Virus record (IMG/VR): IMGVR_UViG_3300046167_000888
DNA: 64,000 bases
Source: a virus
Direction: 5' to 3' (one strand)
The translations under genes were made by a program, and so were the position numbers. Below the pieces are notes generated by a model. The model was not told the origin of the DNA. It saw only the letters and a list, made by a program, of their open reading frames with translations, and did no database searches. Shown one piece after another: positions 29,587 to 40,533 of the stretch. Positions within the stretch are counted from its first letter, which is position 1. Each line of letters opens with the position of its first letter.

Positions 29587-29852
29587 CACTAAAAAAACAA
29601 TCAATTAGGAGTAACCAAACAATTTATCTTGGTAATAGTAAAAAAGAATTGACTAAAGATGAAGTAATTAAAATGAGTGAAGATTGGAATGAAACTCAAA
29701 CCAAATTTTTTAAGAAAATGCTTAAACAAGGAGGTAAATTTAAAGTTAATGGTACTTCATTCAGGGTTGTAGTAGAACAAAGAACAGATATAGATTCAAA
29801 AGGAAATAAACCAGTAACTGTACCACCATTACCAGGTGAAAGAGCATTTTAA
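29583..29852 (+). CDS. Hypothetical protein
   Basis: ATGA-coupled to the polB N-part. Confidence 0.6.
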   Translation: MTLKKQSIRSNQTIYLGNSKKELTKDEVIKMSEDWNETQTKFFKKMLKQGGKFKVNGTSFRVVVEQRTDIDSKGNKPVTVPPLPGERAF

Positions 29853-30225
29853 AATGGAAATAAAAATATCAAATGGAGAATTAATGGATAGAATATCCAT
29901 TTTAGAATTAAAAAAACTAAAAATGGAAGATCCTGCTAATTTAGCTATAGTAGAAAAAGAGTTTTTAGAATTGAATAAATTAGTTGTTGATTTATTTACT
30001 AAAAACGATTCAACACTACAAGTACTTTATTTAGAGTTAGCTAGTATAAATGGGCAGTTATGGGATTTAGAAAATTTAGTTAGAACTAAAGGAATTACAG
30101 ATAGAACCTTTATTACATCTTCAAGAAAGATATTTAAATTAAATGAAGATAGAAATGCAATAAAAAATGATATTAATTTAATAACTGGAAGTGAAGGATT
30201 TGAAGCAAAAGAATATGATACCTAA
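29836..30225 (+). CDS. DUF6165-like protein
   Basis: ISNGELMDRISILELK, NGQLWDLE, RNAIKNDIN; likely start 29854. Confidence 0.7.
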   Translation: MKEHFKMEIKISNGELMDRISILELKKLKMEDPANLAIVEKEFLELNKLVVDLFTKNDSTLQVLYLELASINGQLWDLENLVRTKGITDRTFITSSRKIFKLNEDRNAIKNDINLITGSEGFEAKEYDT

Positions 30226-31729
30226 AAGAATATTTCAAACATTTGAGCATGGGGATTTTAATCCTGAATTTCAAAAACTTGTTGATGATTGGTGTCTAGA
30301 AAACCCAGATTATGATTATCAATTTTTTGATGCTAACGATAGGGAAATTTTTATGAGGCACTTCTTTAAAGGAGAAGTATATAACGCTTATATGAGATTA
30401 TTACCTGGAGCGTTTCAGTCAGATTTATGGAGATATTGTATATTATATACTTATGGAGGTTTTTATATTGATATAGATTCAATATGTTTAGGATCTTTAG
30501 ATATGTTTATGAATGAAGATACTGAATTTGTAGCTGGTGTAGATTTAAATTTAGGTGATTTAGAATACCATAATGTAGCAAATGCTTTTATAGGTAGTAC
30601 TCAAGGACATCCTATTTTAAAAAATTGTATTGATCATATAGTTGAAATTATAAAAAAAGAAGAATTACCTGCTGAAAATATAATGAATTTTTGTGGTCCT
30701 GGATGTTTAGGAATTAATATAAATAGATATTTAGGTAGAAAAGATAAAGCTTCAATGGTTGGTTATGCTGGAAAGTATGATAAAGTTGATTTAATTACAT
30801 TTGAACATCCTAGTGAATTTTTTAGAGGGTTAGATGGTAGAAAAATAATGCAAAATAAAAATAGCAGTCCTTTACTTAAAAGAACATATGCAGAGGAATG
30901 TGCTAAAGTAGAAGATTATTTTGATTGGGGTAAATTTGGATTTAAGAACATTCCATTTAATTGGCTTGTTAAAGTAGATCCACTTACTAAAGACGATACA
31001 ATTTATACTATTGAAAATTATCATAATGGCGAAGATGCTCATTTCCAATTATTTAAATATTGTGGAGTATCAGATTGCATTAGAAGGGGAGTAAAATGGG
31101 AAGAACATAACCATAGACTTATAGATCAATATGTTAATAAAGATTCAATTGCTATTGAAGTAGGTGCACATATAGGAACTATAACAACTAAATTATCTAA
31201 AGTAGCAAATGAAGTACATGCTTTTGAACCTATAGAAACCACATTTGATATGTTAAGAACAAATTTAAATTTAAATAACTGTTCTAATACTACTATATAT
31301 CAAGCCGGATGTGGAGATAGAATTAAAAAAACTAAAGTAAAATGGATATCAGATAATAATGCTGGTGGTACTGGTTTAGAAGGTGGTGTATTAACGAAAG
31401 ATTCAAACATCGATGAAGATATTATAGTAGATGTAGTTACGTTAGATTCCATGCAATTTGACCGTGTAGATTACATAAAAATTGATGCTGAGGGGTATGA
31501 AGAATTAGTAATTAAAGGTGCAGAAAATATTATTATTAAAAATAAACCTTTAATTGTGATGGAATTATTTAATAAAGATACTTTCAATAACCATAAAATA
31601 GATGCTGGGAGAGCAACTGATGAAGAAATTAAAGAAAGATTTGGATTCCTGATAAATTTAGGTTATATTTACGAACACGTATATTTCGAAGATTTTGTAT
31701 TTATACCACCAAAATTACAAGTAAGATGA
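30191..31729 (+). CDS. GT32 (DxD) glycosyltransferase fused to FkbM-family methyltransferase
   Basis: IPKRIFQT, SDLWRYCILYTYGGFYIDID; EVGAHIG, FEP, IKIDAEGYE. Confidence 0.85.
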   Translation: MKDLKQKNMIPKRIFQTFEHGDFNPEFQKLVDDWCLENPDYDYQFFDANDREIFMRHFFKGEVYNAYMRLLPGAFQSDLWRYCILYTYGGFYIDIDSICLGSLDMFMNEDTEFVAGVDLNLGDLEYHNVANAFIGSTQGHPILKNCIDHIVEIIKKEELPAENIMNFCGPGCLGININRYLGRKDKASMVGYAGKYDKVDLITFEHPSEFFRGLDGRKIMQNKNSSPLLKRTYAEECAKVEDYFDWGKFGFKNIPFNWLVKVDPLTKDDTIYTIENYHNGEDAHFQLFKYCGVSDCIRRGVKWEEHNHRLIDQYVNKDSIAIEVGAHIGTITTKLSKVANEVHAFEPIETTFDMLRTNLNLNNCSNTTIYQAGCGDRIKKTKVKWISDNNAGGTGLEGGVLTKDSNIDEDIIVDVVTLDSMQFDRVDYIKIDAEGYEELVIKGAENIIIKNKPLIVMELFNKDTFNNHKIDAGRATDEEIKERFGFLINLGYIYEHVYFEDFVFIPPKLQVR

Positions 31730-32670
31730 AGCATTTAGAACCAACACCAGATTTTATTTGTGAGCCAGGAAAAACAAACTACTGTGCTTATGTTGATACA
31801 GATTCTAATTATATTAATGCTAGTCCATTATTAAGATTTTTATGGGAAGATTTTGATAATTTATCTGATGAAGTACGAGATAATAATGCTGAACAAGTAG
31901 CATTTCAATTTGAAGAAAAAATTAATGATTATTATTCAGATTTAGCTGTAAATTGTTTTAATGTACCTGAAGATCAAGAGCATTTCTTAGAAATGAAAAC
32001 TGAATGTGTAATTAGATCTGCTTACTTTAGAGCAACAAGACGATATGCTCAGTGGATTACTAAACAAGAAGGTATTGAAAAAGATATTTTAGATGTAAAA
32101 GGATTAGAATTTAAGAAAGCTAATTTCCCTCCTGTATTAGGTGAGTTTTTTAGTGGTATTCTAACTCAAATATTAAAAGGTGCTAAACGAGAAGATATTA
32201 TAGATCAAATACAATCATTTAAAAAATCAATACTAGATGGAAGTATCCCTATTGTTAAATTAGGTAACCCTACATCAGTTAAAAAATATGATGATTATAT
32301 TGGTTTAAAAGCTAGAGCAGGGTCTATGTTTAGTGAAATTAAAAAAGGTGCTCCTGCAGCTGTAAAAGCAGCTATTAGATATAATGATTTACTTAGGTTT
32401 TGGAAATTAGATAGAAATTATAATGCCATTACTAAAGTAGATAAAGTTAAATGGATTTATTTAAAAGATAATCCTTATAAAATAGAGGCATTAGCATTTT
32501 TAGATTATGATATGCCTCCTAAAATTGCAGATTTTTTAGAAATGTTTGCAGATAGAAAAAACGTATTTGAATCTATTCTATTAAATAAATTACAAGGATT
32601 TTTTAGTGATTTAGAATGGGATTTAGATTTAAATCCATACAGTTTAAGTTTTAAAACCGAGTTATTATGA
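31726..32670 (+). CDS. Family B DNA polymerase, C-terminal subunit (motif C and thumb)
   Basis: AYVDTDSNY, RRYA, VKGLE, KVKWIYLK. Confidence 0.9.
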   Translation: MKHLEPTPDFICEPGKTNYCAYVDTDSNYINASPLLRFLWEDFDNLSDEVRDNNAEQVAFQFEEKINDYYSDLAVNCFNVPEDQEHFLEMKTECVIRSAYFRATRRYAQWITKQEGIEKDILDVKGLEFKKANFPPVLGEFFSGILTQILKGAKREDIIDQIQSFKKSILDGSIPIVKLGNPTSVKKYDDYIGLKARAGSMFSEIKKGAPAAVKAAIRYNDLLRFWKLDRNYNAITKVDKVKWIYLKDNPYKIEALAFLDYDMPPKIADFLEMFADRKNVFESILLNKLQGFFSDLEWDLDLNPYSLSFKTELL

Positions 32671-33410
32671 TAAGTAAAAACACATTACAATCATTCATAT
32701 CAAAGTATAATCTATCAGATATGATGAACCAAACAAGATGGAAAATTAAAGATAATACTATGCAAGTGCATGTTGGTAATTCCCAATTTGCGGCTAATGT
32801 ATTATTAAATAGCTTTCCACTTGATGATGGTGAATTAGGAATATATGATAGTAATAAATTAGCTAAATTAATTGGTATTACTAGTAATGAATTATTATTA
32901 TCTACTGAATCACATGGTTCATTATCTAATAAATTAAATATTAGTGATTCTAATTTTGAATTAAGTTATTCATTAGCGGACCCGTTAGTTATTCCAAAAA
33001 TTAATTATCCTACAAATGAAGAATGGCATTTAGAAATTGATTTAGAAAGAGAAGATATAGATAACTTAATTAAAGCTAAAAACGCATTATCAGATTCAGA
33101 TTTATTTTCACTTAAAGGTGTTACTAATTTAGATGGTGATACTGTTTTAGAATTTGTGTTTGGTGATGATTCTAATTTTGCTAGTAAAGTTAATTACCAA
33201 ATTACAACTCCAATTGATAATAAATTTGCTGGTATGGATATTCAATTTAGTGCTAATAACTTAAAAGAAGTACTAAATTCAAATAAAGATAGTGATGCAA
33301 CTAAATTTTCATTACATTATGGTGATTTTGCGTCAATGATTAAAATAAAATTCGATACTGAGGAAATTACCAGTATTTATAAAATGTCACAAAAAGAAAA
33401 AATTATTTAA
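32667..33410 (+). CDS. DNA sliding clamp (gp45/PCNA-like)
   Basis: ~247 aa, GIYD..KL pattern, position directly after polB. Confidence 0.7.
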   Translation: MISKNTLQSFISKYNLSDMMNQTRWKIKDNTMQVHVGNSQFAANVLLNSFPLDDGELGIYDSNKLAKLIGITSNELLLSTESHGSLSNKLNISDSNFELSYSLADPLVIPKINYPTNEEWHLEIDLEREDIDNLIKAKNALSDSDLFSLKGVTNLDGDTVLEFVFGDDSNFASKVNYQITTPIDNKFAGMDIQFSANNLKEVLNSNKDSDATKFSLHYGDFASMIKIKFDTEEITSIYKMSQKEKII

Positions 33411-33414
33411 AATT

Positions 33415-34059
33415 ATGTATAAAGATTCAGATCCAACAGGCGATTGGGGAGTAGTACACACAGATGATTTTGCTGTATCCCCAGAACACAAACACAGAAT
33501 ATTTGTAATAGATGATTTCTATACAAACCCACACGAATTAAGAAAATTTGCAGTTAATCAATGGTATTATGATGATGAAGGTTTTGAAGGATTAAGAACT
33601 AGAAAACAATTCTTTTTTAAAGGTGTAAAAGAAAAGTTTGAACAAACATTAGGTGAAAAAATTACAGTATGGGAAGAGCATGCTATGTGTGCTCGATTCC
33701 AAAACCATAAAGCTGATTTTAGACCAGTATATCATTGTGATAGTCAAGCTTGGGCTGCTGCTATTTATCTAAACCCTGATGCACCATATGAAGCAGGAAC
33801 TTCATTTTATGCTCACAAAGAAACAGGATTAAGAGGTGGTGAACCTAATATTGGAGAAGCATTTAACAATCAAACTTGGGTTGACCCAACTAAATATGTT
33901 AAAATTGATACTACAGCAAATATATTTAATAGATGTGTTATTTGGGATGCTAAATTAATTCACGCTGCACCTACTTATTTTGGATGGGACATTGATTCAG
34001 CTAGATTAACTCAAGTATTCTTCTTTGACACAGCAGGAAAAGAAACAGAAATTTACTAG
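33415..34059 (+). CDS. DUF6445-like 2OG-Fe(II) oxygenase
   Basis: VIDDFY, YHCD, AIYLNPDAP..GT, FNR..IHAA, RLTQVFFFD. Confidence 0.8.
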   Translation: MYKDSDPTGDWGVVHTDDFAVSPEHKHRIFVIDDFYTNPHELRKFAVNQWYYDDEGFEGLRTRKQFFFKGVKEKFEQTLGEKITVWEEHAMCARFQNHKADFRPVYHCDSQAWAAAIYLNPDAPYEAGTSFYAHKETGLRGGEPNIGEAFNNQTWVDPTKYVKIDTTANIFNRCVIWDAKLIHAAPTYFGWDIDSARLTQVFFFDTAGKETEIY

Positions 34060-34176
34060 GAAATGTAATTTTTCCTTCGTATTATATATGTATAACCGAA
34101 CATAAGATGTAGCTAGGGCACGTGTTATGTTTAAAATAAATTAACCGGGAGCTTCGGCCCCACAAAACTAAATGAT

Positions 34177-34596
34177 ATGAGTACATTAGAACTATTTGAA
34201 AGGCATGTAAGTCCTTTCGACATCCTTTTTAGGAATCACTTTAAATCTGACAGCACATTTCAACCTGTTGGAAATTTCAAACAACCACATCCACTTAATA
34301 TTTTCTTTGACGATGACGGACTTCATTTTGAAGTTGCCTGTACTGGTCTAACTAAAGAAGATGTAGTCTTAGATATTCAAGGGGATACTTTAAAAATAAG
34401 TTATAACAAACCAGAAGATGACTTCCCTGATGGAATGATTCATAATGGTTTATCTAAAAAATCATTTGATTTAAGGTATAAAATAGCACCTAAATTTGAT
34501 TTAGGAAAAATTGATGCCACCTTAGAAAATGGTTTATTAGAAATTTTTATACCATTAGCTGAAGAAGCTAAACCAAAGTCAATCAAAATAAAATAA
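34177..34596 (+). CDS. Hsp20/alpha-crystallin small heat-shock protein
   Basis: EVACTGLTKED, ATLENGLLEIFIP. Confidence 0.9.
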   Translation: MSTLELFERHVSPFDILFRNHFKSDSTFQPVGNFKQPHPLNIFFDDDGLHFEVACTGLTKEDVVLDIQGDTLKISYNKPEDDFPDGMIHNGLSKKSFDLRYKIAPKFDLGKIDATLENGLLEIFIPLAEEAKPKSIKIK

Positions 34597-34613
34597 AGTT
34601 ATATTAAAAAAAG

Positions 34614-34645
34614 CGTGTCCTAGCGCATCCTATTTCGTATATTTA
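34614..34645 (+). promoter_or_regulatory. Repeated promoter motif
   Basis: CGTGT..TCGTATATTTA upstream of the groES/EL block. Confidence 0.7.
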
Positions 34646-34669
34646 GGTCAACGAAAAATAATAAGTTAT

Positions 34670-34993
34670 ATGGCTAGAAAAGCAAAATCCCACACTATGA
34701 TCAAGGATCCTTTATTGGAACCGTATTTTGTAACAATTGATGATAATTGTTGCACCGTTAACCAAACTATACAAAAAGATTCTAATCACTTTAGAAGTAA
34801 AGGTAATGGTAGCAAATCTTATGAAAAAGCTATTTCATTTCATGCTAATTTAGGTACAGCTTTATTTGCTATATCTAAAGCCCTTCAACATGATAAAGAG
34901 ACTAGAAACTTAGATGAAGTATTAGAACAATTTAAAACAATAGAATTAAACCTTAAACAATTTATAAATGAGCAAGTTAGTCGCACTGTATAA
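34670..34993 (+). CDS. Hypothetical protein
   Basis: ORF after promoter motif. Confidence 0.55.
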   Translation: MARKAKSHTMIKDPLLEPYFVTIDDNCCTVNQTIQKDSNHFRSKGNGSKSYEKAISFHANLGTALFAISKALQHDKETRNLDEVLEQFKTIELNLKQFINEQVSRTV

Positions 34994-35333
34994 CGCAGTG
35001 ATAGTTAAGCCTATAGAGGCTGAAGAAGAAACATATGGGAACATTATTGTTCCAGATATGGGTAAAGAAACAAATACTTTTGGTGAAGTAGTTTCTGTTG
35101 GAGATGGTAATTTTACCTTAACAGGTGATAAAATCCCAACACAACTAAAAGTAGGTGATAGAGTAGTTCTACCAACTCAAGGATTCACAAAATTACCATT
35201 TAATGGTGAAGATTATCTTGTAGGACCTGAAAATAATGTCCTTGCAAGAATGGATCGAGAAGTGAGTATAGAAGATGCTTTAGAATCAACAGAAATAAGT
35301 GAACAAGATAAAGAAAATTTAACAGATATTTAA
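34968..35333 (+). CDS. groES: Co-chaperonin GroES
   Basis: GNIIVPD, GEVVSVGDG, LKVGDRV. Confidence 0.9.
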   Translation: MSKLVALYNAVIVKPIEAEEETYGNIIVPDMGKETNTFGEVVSVGDGNFTLTGDKIPTQLKVGDRVVLPTQGFTKLPFNGEDYLVGPENNVLARMDREVSIEDALESTEISEQDKENLTDI

Positions 35334-36980
35334 TGGAAAATCAAGTAAAGTACGGTAAAGAAGCTAGACAAGGCTTATTAAAAGGAATTAATAAACTAGC
35401 AGATGCAGTTGTATCAACATTAGGACCAAATGGTAGAAACGTTGTTATATTTAGAGGACATGCTGAACCACCACAATCAACAAAAGATGGTGTTACAGTT
35501 GCTAAATCATTTTTAACATCTGATCCTGAAGAACATTTAGGCCAATTATTAATTAGACAAGCAGCAATGAGAACAGCTGATAAAGCAGGTGATGGTACAA
35601 CAACATCAACATTACTAGCTAGAGAAATGATTCAGAATGGTTTACAAGCATTAGATAATGGAGAAAATGCTGTTCAAATTAAAAGAGATATTGATGCCAA
35701 TGTAAAAAAGGTTATTGATAATTTAAATAATAATATAGCTGAAGATATATCAGGTGAAAACCAATTAGAACAAATAGCAACAATTTCATCTAATAATGAT
35801 GTAGAAACAGGAAAATTAATTGCTAAAGCAATTGAAAAAGTTGGTTTAGAAGGTGTAGTACACGTTGAAGAATCTAAAACAGGAGATACTTATCTTGAAA
35901 CAGTAGAAGGTATGCAGTTTGATAGAGGTTTTAAATCACCTTATTTTGTTACTGATAATAGTTCAATGCAAAGCATATTAGACAACCCAGCAATTCTAAT
36001 TATGGATCATAGATTAAGTTCAGTAAAAGAATTACTACCAATATTAGAAGCAGTTTCAGCTCAAGGTAAATCATTATTAATTATAGCAGAAGATATTGAT
36101 AACGAAGCATTAGCTACTTTGATTGTAAATAAAATGAGAGGTACAATTAATGTGTGTGCTGTAAAAGCACCTGATTTTGGTGATAGACGTAAATTAGTTT
36201 TAGAAGATATTGCAATCACAACTGGTGGTAAAGTATTTGATAAACAAAAAGGAATGAAACTAGACAAATTCTCTTGGGAATGGTTTGGTGAAGCAAGAAA
36301 AGCAACAGTAACTAAAGAACAAACAACAATAGTAGATGGAAAAGGAGAAGCTGAATCAATTGAAGCACGTGTTGAAGAGCTACAATCGCAAATCGAAAAA
36401 AGCAAGAACGCCGTATGAGACGGAACAGCTCCAAAACAGGTTGGCGAAATTCGTCGGAGGAGTAGCAATTGTACACGTAGGTGGGAAAATACCGAAACAG
36501 AAATGTTAGAGAAAAAGATAGAGTAGATGATGCATTACATGCTACAAAAGCCAGCACTTGATGAAGGTATTGTACCTGGAGGTGGATGTTCTCTATTATA
36601 TGCTTCTAGTGGTATTAAAGCAGATTCAATTGGAGCTCAAATCGTAGTAGAATCATGTGCTAAACCATTTAGCCAAAATATTAATTAATGCAGGATATGA
36701 TGATGTTAAAACAAAAATTCTTGCAGATCAATTAGTTAATTCAGGAAATGATCATTGGGCAGGTATTGATGTTAACACAGGAGATACAGTTAATTTTAGA
36801 GAAAAGGCGTGATTGATCCAACAAAAGTTAGTAGATTAGCGTTGTTAAATGCGGCATCAGTTGCAGGAACAGTATTGTTAACTGAATGTACATTGACCTC
36901 AAGATAAACAGTCAATTGAAGAAAAATTAAGAGTATTACAAGATTCAGCTACAAATGCAGCTGGATTAGCAATGAGTTAA
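35333..36980 (+). CDS. groEL: Chaperonin GroEL (several frameshifts after ~36400, probably sequence errors)
   Basis: TLGPNGRNV, AGDGTTT, EGMQFDRG; RLAK..GGVA, EGIVPGGG, VIDPTKV, NAASVAG continue in shifting frames to TAA at 36980. Confidence 0.9.
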
Positions 36981-36989
36981 TTTATTAAT

Positions 36990-37265
36990 ATGAACGATAA
37001 AATAGAAATAAAAGAAAATAACGTGCTTATTGCCAGGAGAGTTCCTCCTGGTGATAAATGGCGTTTGGTTGCAAATGAACCTAATGGACCTGTACATAAA
37101 ACATTGACAGATACATTAGAAGCTTATATGGTTAAAACTGGATTTAAAGGTAATTATAGATTAGAACCATTACAAAGTAGTTTATATGCTATCAATGCTG
37201 AAGAAGTAGTAATTGAAGCACCTAAAGAAAAATTATTCTCAATATATGGCGAATACGGACAATAG
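36990..37265 (+). CDS. Hypothetical protein
   Basis: Intact ORF. Confidence 0.6.
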   Translation: MNDKIEIKENNVLIARRVPPGDKWRLVANEPNGPVHKTLTDTLEAYMVKTGFKGNYRLEPLQSSLYAINAEEVVIEAPKEKLFSIYGEYGQ

Positions 37266-38160
37266 TTTATTAAACGAGAAATATAGACCAGTAACTTTAG
37301 ATACGTATGTTGGTAATGCTAAATTAAAAGCATCCATCTCTAAGCAGTTAGAAAACAACGATATTCAAAATTATTTATTTTATGGACCCGCTGGTACAGG
37401 AAAGACAACTTTGGCTAAACTTTGTATTAAAAATCTCGATTGCGATCATCTTTATATCAACGCCTCTGATGAAAGAGGGATTGAGACGATTAGGGATAAA
37501 GTACAGGGATTTGCGAGCACAATGTCTTTTAAACCACTTAAAGTGGTCATTTTGGATGAAGCTGATTTTCTTACTATTCAAGCGCAAGCTTCACTCCGTA
37601 ATATTATTGAAACTTTCTCACGTACGACGCGTTTTATTTTAACTTGTAATTACGTAGAGAGAATAATCGACCCCTTACAATCAAGGTGTCAAGTTTTAAA
37701 AGTAGTTCCCCCCACTAAAAAGGAAGTAGCTGTTCATTTAGCTAGCATTTGTGAAAAGGAGGGCATCAAATTCGAGCCTATTGCCATTGGTAAGGTAGTT
37801 AACCAGTACTACCCTGATTTAAGAAAGATGCTCAACACAATTCAATCTAGTAGTAAAGATGGAAGTCTAGATTTAGACGATTCATTACTAGTATCTTCTA
37901 GTTATTTAGCTACTATCCTTGGGGAATTGCAAAAACAAAAACCAAGTTTTGTTAGCATTAGACAAACAATAGCCGATTCTAATATAGATGATTTTGATGA
38001 GTTATTTAAATTTTTATACGACAATGCAGATAAAATATTACCTAATAAAATAGGTACAGTAGCTGTATTAGTAAATGACCACCAATATAAAGCCAATTTT
38101 AGAATAGATAAAGAAATTAATGCAATGAGTTTAATTAATCAAATAATCAATAATAAGTAA
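37246..38160 (+). CDS. Clamp loader ATPase (RFC/gp44-like)
   Basis: [30 protein letters not shown]. Confidence 0.93.
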   Translation: MANTDNSLLNEKYRPVTLDTYVGNAKLKASISKQLENNDIQNYLFYGPAGTGKTTLAKLCIKNLDCDHLYINASDERGIETIRDKVQGFASTMSFKPLKVVILDEADFLTIQAQASLRNIIETFSRTTRFILTCNYVERIIDPLQSRCQVLKVVPPTKKEVAVHLASICEKEGIKFEPIAIGKVVNQYYPDLRKMLNTIQSSSKDGSLDLDDSLLVSSSYLATILGELQKQKPSFVSIRQTIADSNIDDFDELFKFLYDNADKILPNKIGTVAVLVNDHQYKANFRIDKEINAMSLINQIINNK

Positions 38161-38161
38161 T

Positions 38162-38407
38162 ATGAAAAATCAAGGAAATCCTCAACTAAACGTTGACTTA
38201 AAAACTACTGAAGGTATTAAAAATTCTGAAGGTAAATCAGTCTTTCAATCAGGAGTTATTTTAAGAAAAATCTCTAAATTTGTAGCAGGAACAGATTCAG
38301 ATGCAATTATGCCTATTCCTGTATTCTATGATCCAACTAATGGTAAAATATTAGGTGAAGGAATACCAGTAGAATTAAGAGAAGAATTAAAAGACGAGCT
38401 TACATAG
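38162..38407 (+). CDS. Hypothetical protein
   Basis: Intact ORF. Confidence 0.6.
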   Translation: MKNQGNPQLNVDLKTTEGIKNSEGKSVFQSGVILRKISKFVAGTDSDAIMPIPVFYDPTNGKILGEGIPVELREELKDELT

Positions 38408-38820
38408 TGAAGAACATATTTGATTGGTTAAAACAAATCAACTACCAAAAAGCACCAGTTGAGTCATTTTCAGATAAAGACTGGGAGCTTTTTAATAGTT
38501 ATATGATCCACAGATTTATGAGTATGAATCGTGATTTTATTGAAGTGGTAAATTATGTTCAAGAACTACCACCTCAAGAAAAAAGGATGATTTATAATGT
38601 TTATAAAGAATTTATACCTAAAAATAATAAATGGAATAAATATATTAAATCAAAAAATAAGCAACCAAATATCGAATTATTAAAACTATTATCTGAGTAT
38701 TGGGAATGTTCACAACAAGAAGCAAAACAATATAAAAATTTGTTGGATAATGATCAAATACTTAGTATATTATCTCAAATAGGGGTACAGCCCAAAGAAA
38801 TTAAAGAATTAACAAAATAA
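38407..38820 (+). CDS. Clamp loader small subunit (gp62-like)
   Basis: IFDWLKQI, YMIHRFMSM, KWNKYIK; near gp44-like gene. Confidence 0.65.
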   Translation: MKNIFDWLKQINYQKAPVESFSDKDWELFNSYMIHRFMSMNRDFIEVVNYVQELPPQEKRMIYNVYKEFIPKNNKWNKYIKSKNKQPNIELLKLLSEYWECSQQEAKQYKNLLDNDQILSILSQIGVQPKEIKELTK

Positions 38821-38822
38821 AT

Positions 38823-39047
38823 ATGAGCAAATTAGTAAAAATGTTACGTACATCTGCTGAAGCAGATAAAGCCAAAGCACTTTTGTCCCTTGAACTATTA
38901 GGCGATAAAGCAGTTGGTATTGGAGACCATTCAACAGAAGACTTTTATAAGAATGCTGAAGAAGCACTTGTTAAATTAGTTGATGCTGATGACAGATTGG
39001 AAGCCTTAGATAAGTACTTCAATTCTAAGGGACAGATCAATGGGTGA
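38823..39047 (+). CDS. Hypothetical protein
   Basis: VGIGDHS motif, helical. Confidence 0.6.
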   Translation: MSKLVKMLRTSAEADKAKALLSLELLGDKAVGIGDHSTEDFYKNAEEALVKLVDADDRLEALDKYFNSKGQING

Positions 39048-39513
39048 TACAGTTAAAAAATACATGGAGAGTTTAGAAAGTAAAATTAACAGCGGAGGAC
39101 ATTTTAGTTCCAATGCTATCCAATTAGAAAAAGTTATGAGTGATAGAGAAATTATGAATGCAAAATCAGGATCAAAATTAGATGTAAAGGTATTTGAAAA
39201 AGAATACCCTGAATTATCTAAAGAATTTAAACAAATTCAAAAAGAAATGTATGAAATGTTTGCTCGTAAACATATGGATTATGGGCTAAACAACATTGCA
39301 TTAGGTGGAGATATTATCAATAATAAAGATGATAAACAATTTTCATTAACTGGATTATGTATTAGATTAACTGATAAAATATCACGTTTAAAAAATCTAT
39401 TAATTAATGGTAGATCCTTTGTTGAAGGTGAAGGTATACAAGATACATTTATTGATATTGCCAATTATGGAATAATCGGTCTTTTAGTAGGTCGCGATAA
39501 ATGGAAAAAATAG
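39040..39513 (+). CDS. DUF1599 / nucleotide-modification-associated domain 1 (Nmad1) protein
   Basis: KHMDYG, IRLTDKISRLKNL, EGIQDTFIDIANYGII. Confidence 0.8.
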   Translation: MGDTVKKYMESLESKINSGGHFSSNAIQLEKVMSDREIMNAKSGSKLDVKVFEKEYPELSKEFKQIQKEMYEMFARKHMDYGLNNIALGGDIINNKDDKQFSLTGLCIRLTDKISRLKNLLINGRSFVEGEGIQDTFIDIANYGIIGLLVGRDKWKK

Positions 39514-39514
39514 T

Positions 39515-40489
39515 TTGGCTAAAAAAATACCTAATATTGTAAAGAGGATTAAATCAAATCCTCCTGAGAAAGTTAACTTCGCTTACCAAAAGAATGTATC
39601 TTATTCTCAAATGTCCATCTATAGGCAATGTGCTCATAGATGGAAGTTACAATATAAGGATAAAATCAAAAGATTTAATTCATCAATTCATACTGTATTT
39701 GGAACAGCAATACATGAAGTGATGCAACACTATTTAGACGTAGCATTTGAAAAATCATTTGCTGCCGCAGATAGAGAAATTGATATTGAAGATCATTTTC
39801 AAAATACATTTATAAACGAGTATCAAACTCAGTATAAAAAGAATAATAACGAACATTTCTCTGAAGCAACTGAAATGAGAGAATTTTTTGAGGATGGGGT
39901 TGCTATATTAAATTGGTTTAAGAAAAATCGTAGTCAATACTTTAGTAAACGAGGATGGTTTTTAGTTGGTTGTGAAATACCAATTGTAATTGCGCCAAAT
40001 AGAATGTTAAATAACGTGTTATATACAGGGTATTTAGATGTTGTCATGTATAATGAAAACACAGATACATTTAAAGTAATCGATATTAAAACCAGTACAA
40101 ATGGCTGGAACAAATACGCTAAAGAAGATAAAGAAAAACAAAATCAGTTATTATTATATAAACAGTTTTTTGCTGAACAATATGATATTCCAATTGAAAA
40201 AATTGAAACTGAATTTTTTATAGTTAAAAGAAAAGTACTTGATATTGATGATGAGAGATGCTTATCACCTTATCAAGCCAAACGAGTACAACAGTACTCT
40301 AACTTTGCTGATGGTAAAACTAGTTTAAATAGAGCTAGAAAAGCTATTAGTGATTTTATTAGTGAATGTTTTAATTCACAAGGCAAAATCAAAGAAAGGG
40401 ATTATCCTGCTTCTCCATCTAAATGGAATTGTAATTTCTGTCCTTATAAAGAAGATAGAGATTTATGTGATAAAGGGTTAATCTACTGA
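39515..40489 (+). CDS. PD-(D/E)XK exonuclease (Cas4/AddB-like)
   Basis: SYSQ..C, GTAIH, GYLD, IDIKT, QLLLY, CNFCPY..C. Confidence 0.85.
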   Translation: MAKKIPNIVKRIKSNPPEKVNFAYQKNVSYSQMSIYRQCAHRWKLQYKDKIKRFNSSIHTVFGTAIHEVMQHYLDVAFEKSFAAADREIDIEDHFQNTFINEYQTQYKKNNNEHFSEATEMREFFEDGVAILNWFKKNRSQYFSKRGWFLVGCEIPIVIAPNRMLNNVLYTGYLDVVMYNENTDTFKVIDIKTSTNGWNKYAKEDKEKQNQLLLYKQFFAEQYDIPIEKIETEFFIVKRKVLDIDDERCLSPYQAKRVQQYSNFADGKTSLNRARKAISDFISECFNSQGKIKERDYPASPSKWNCNFCPYKEDRDLCDKGLIY

Positions 40490-40533
40490 TATTTTGATAT
40501 ATGTATAATAAACGTTATTAAAAAATAAAAATT

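Noticed and set aside
29587-31725. Group I intron or split intein in polB
   Set aside because: No intein Cys/His-Asn termini, no homing endonuclease, and no non-coding space for a ribozyme core
39515-40489. CRISPR-Cas system from the Cas4-like nuclease
   Set aside because: No cas1/cas2 and no repeat-spacer array seen; solo Cas4-like nucleases are common in phages
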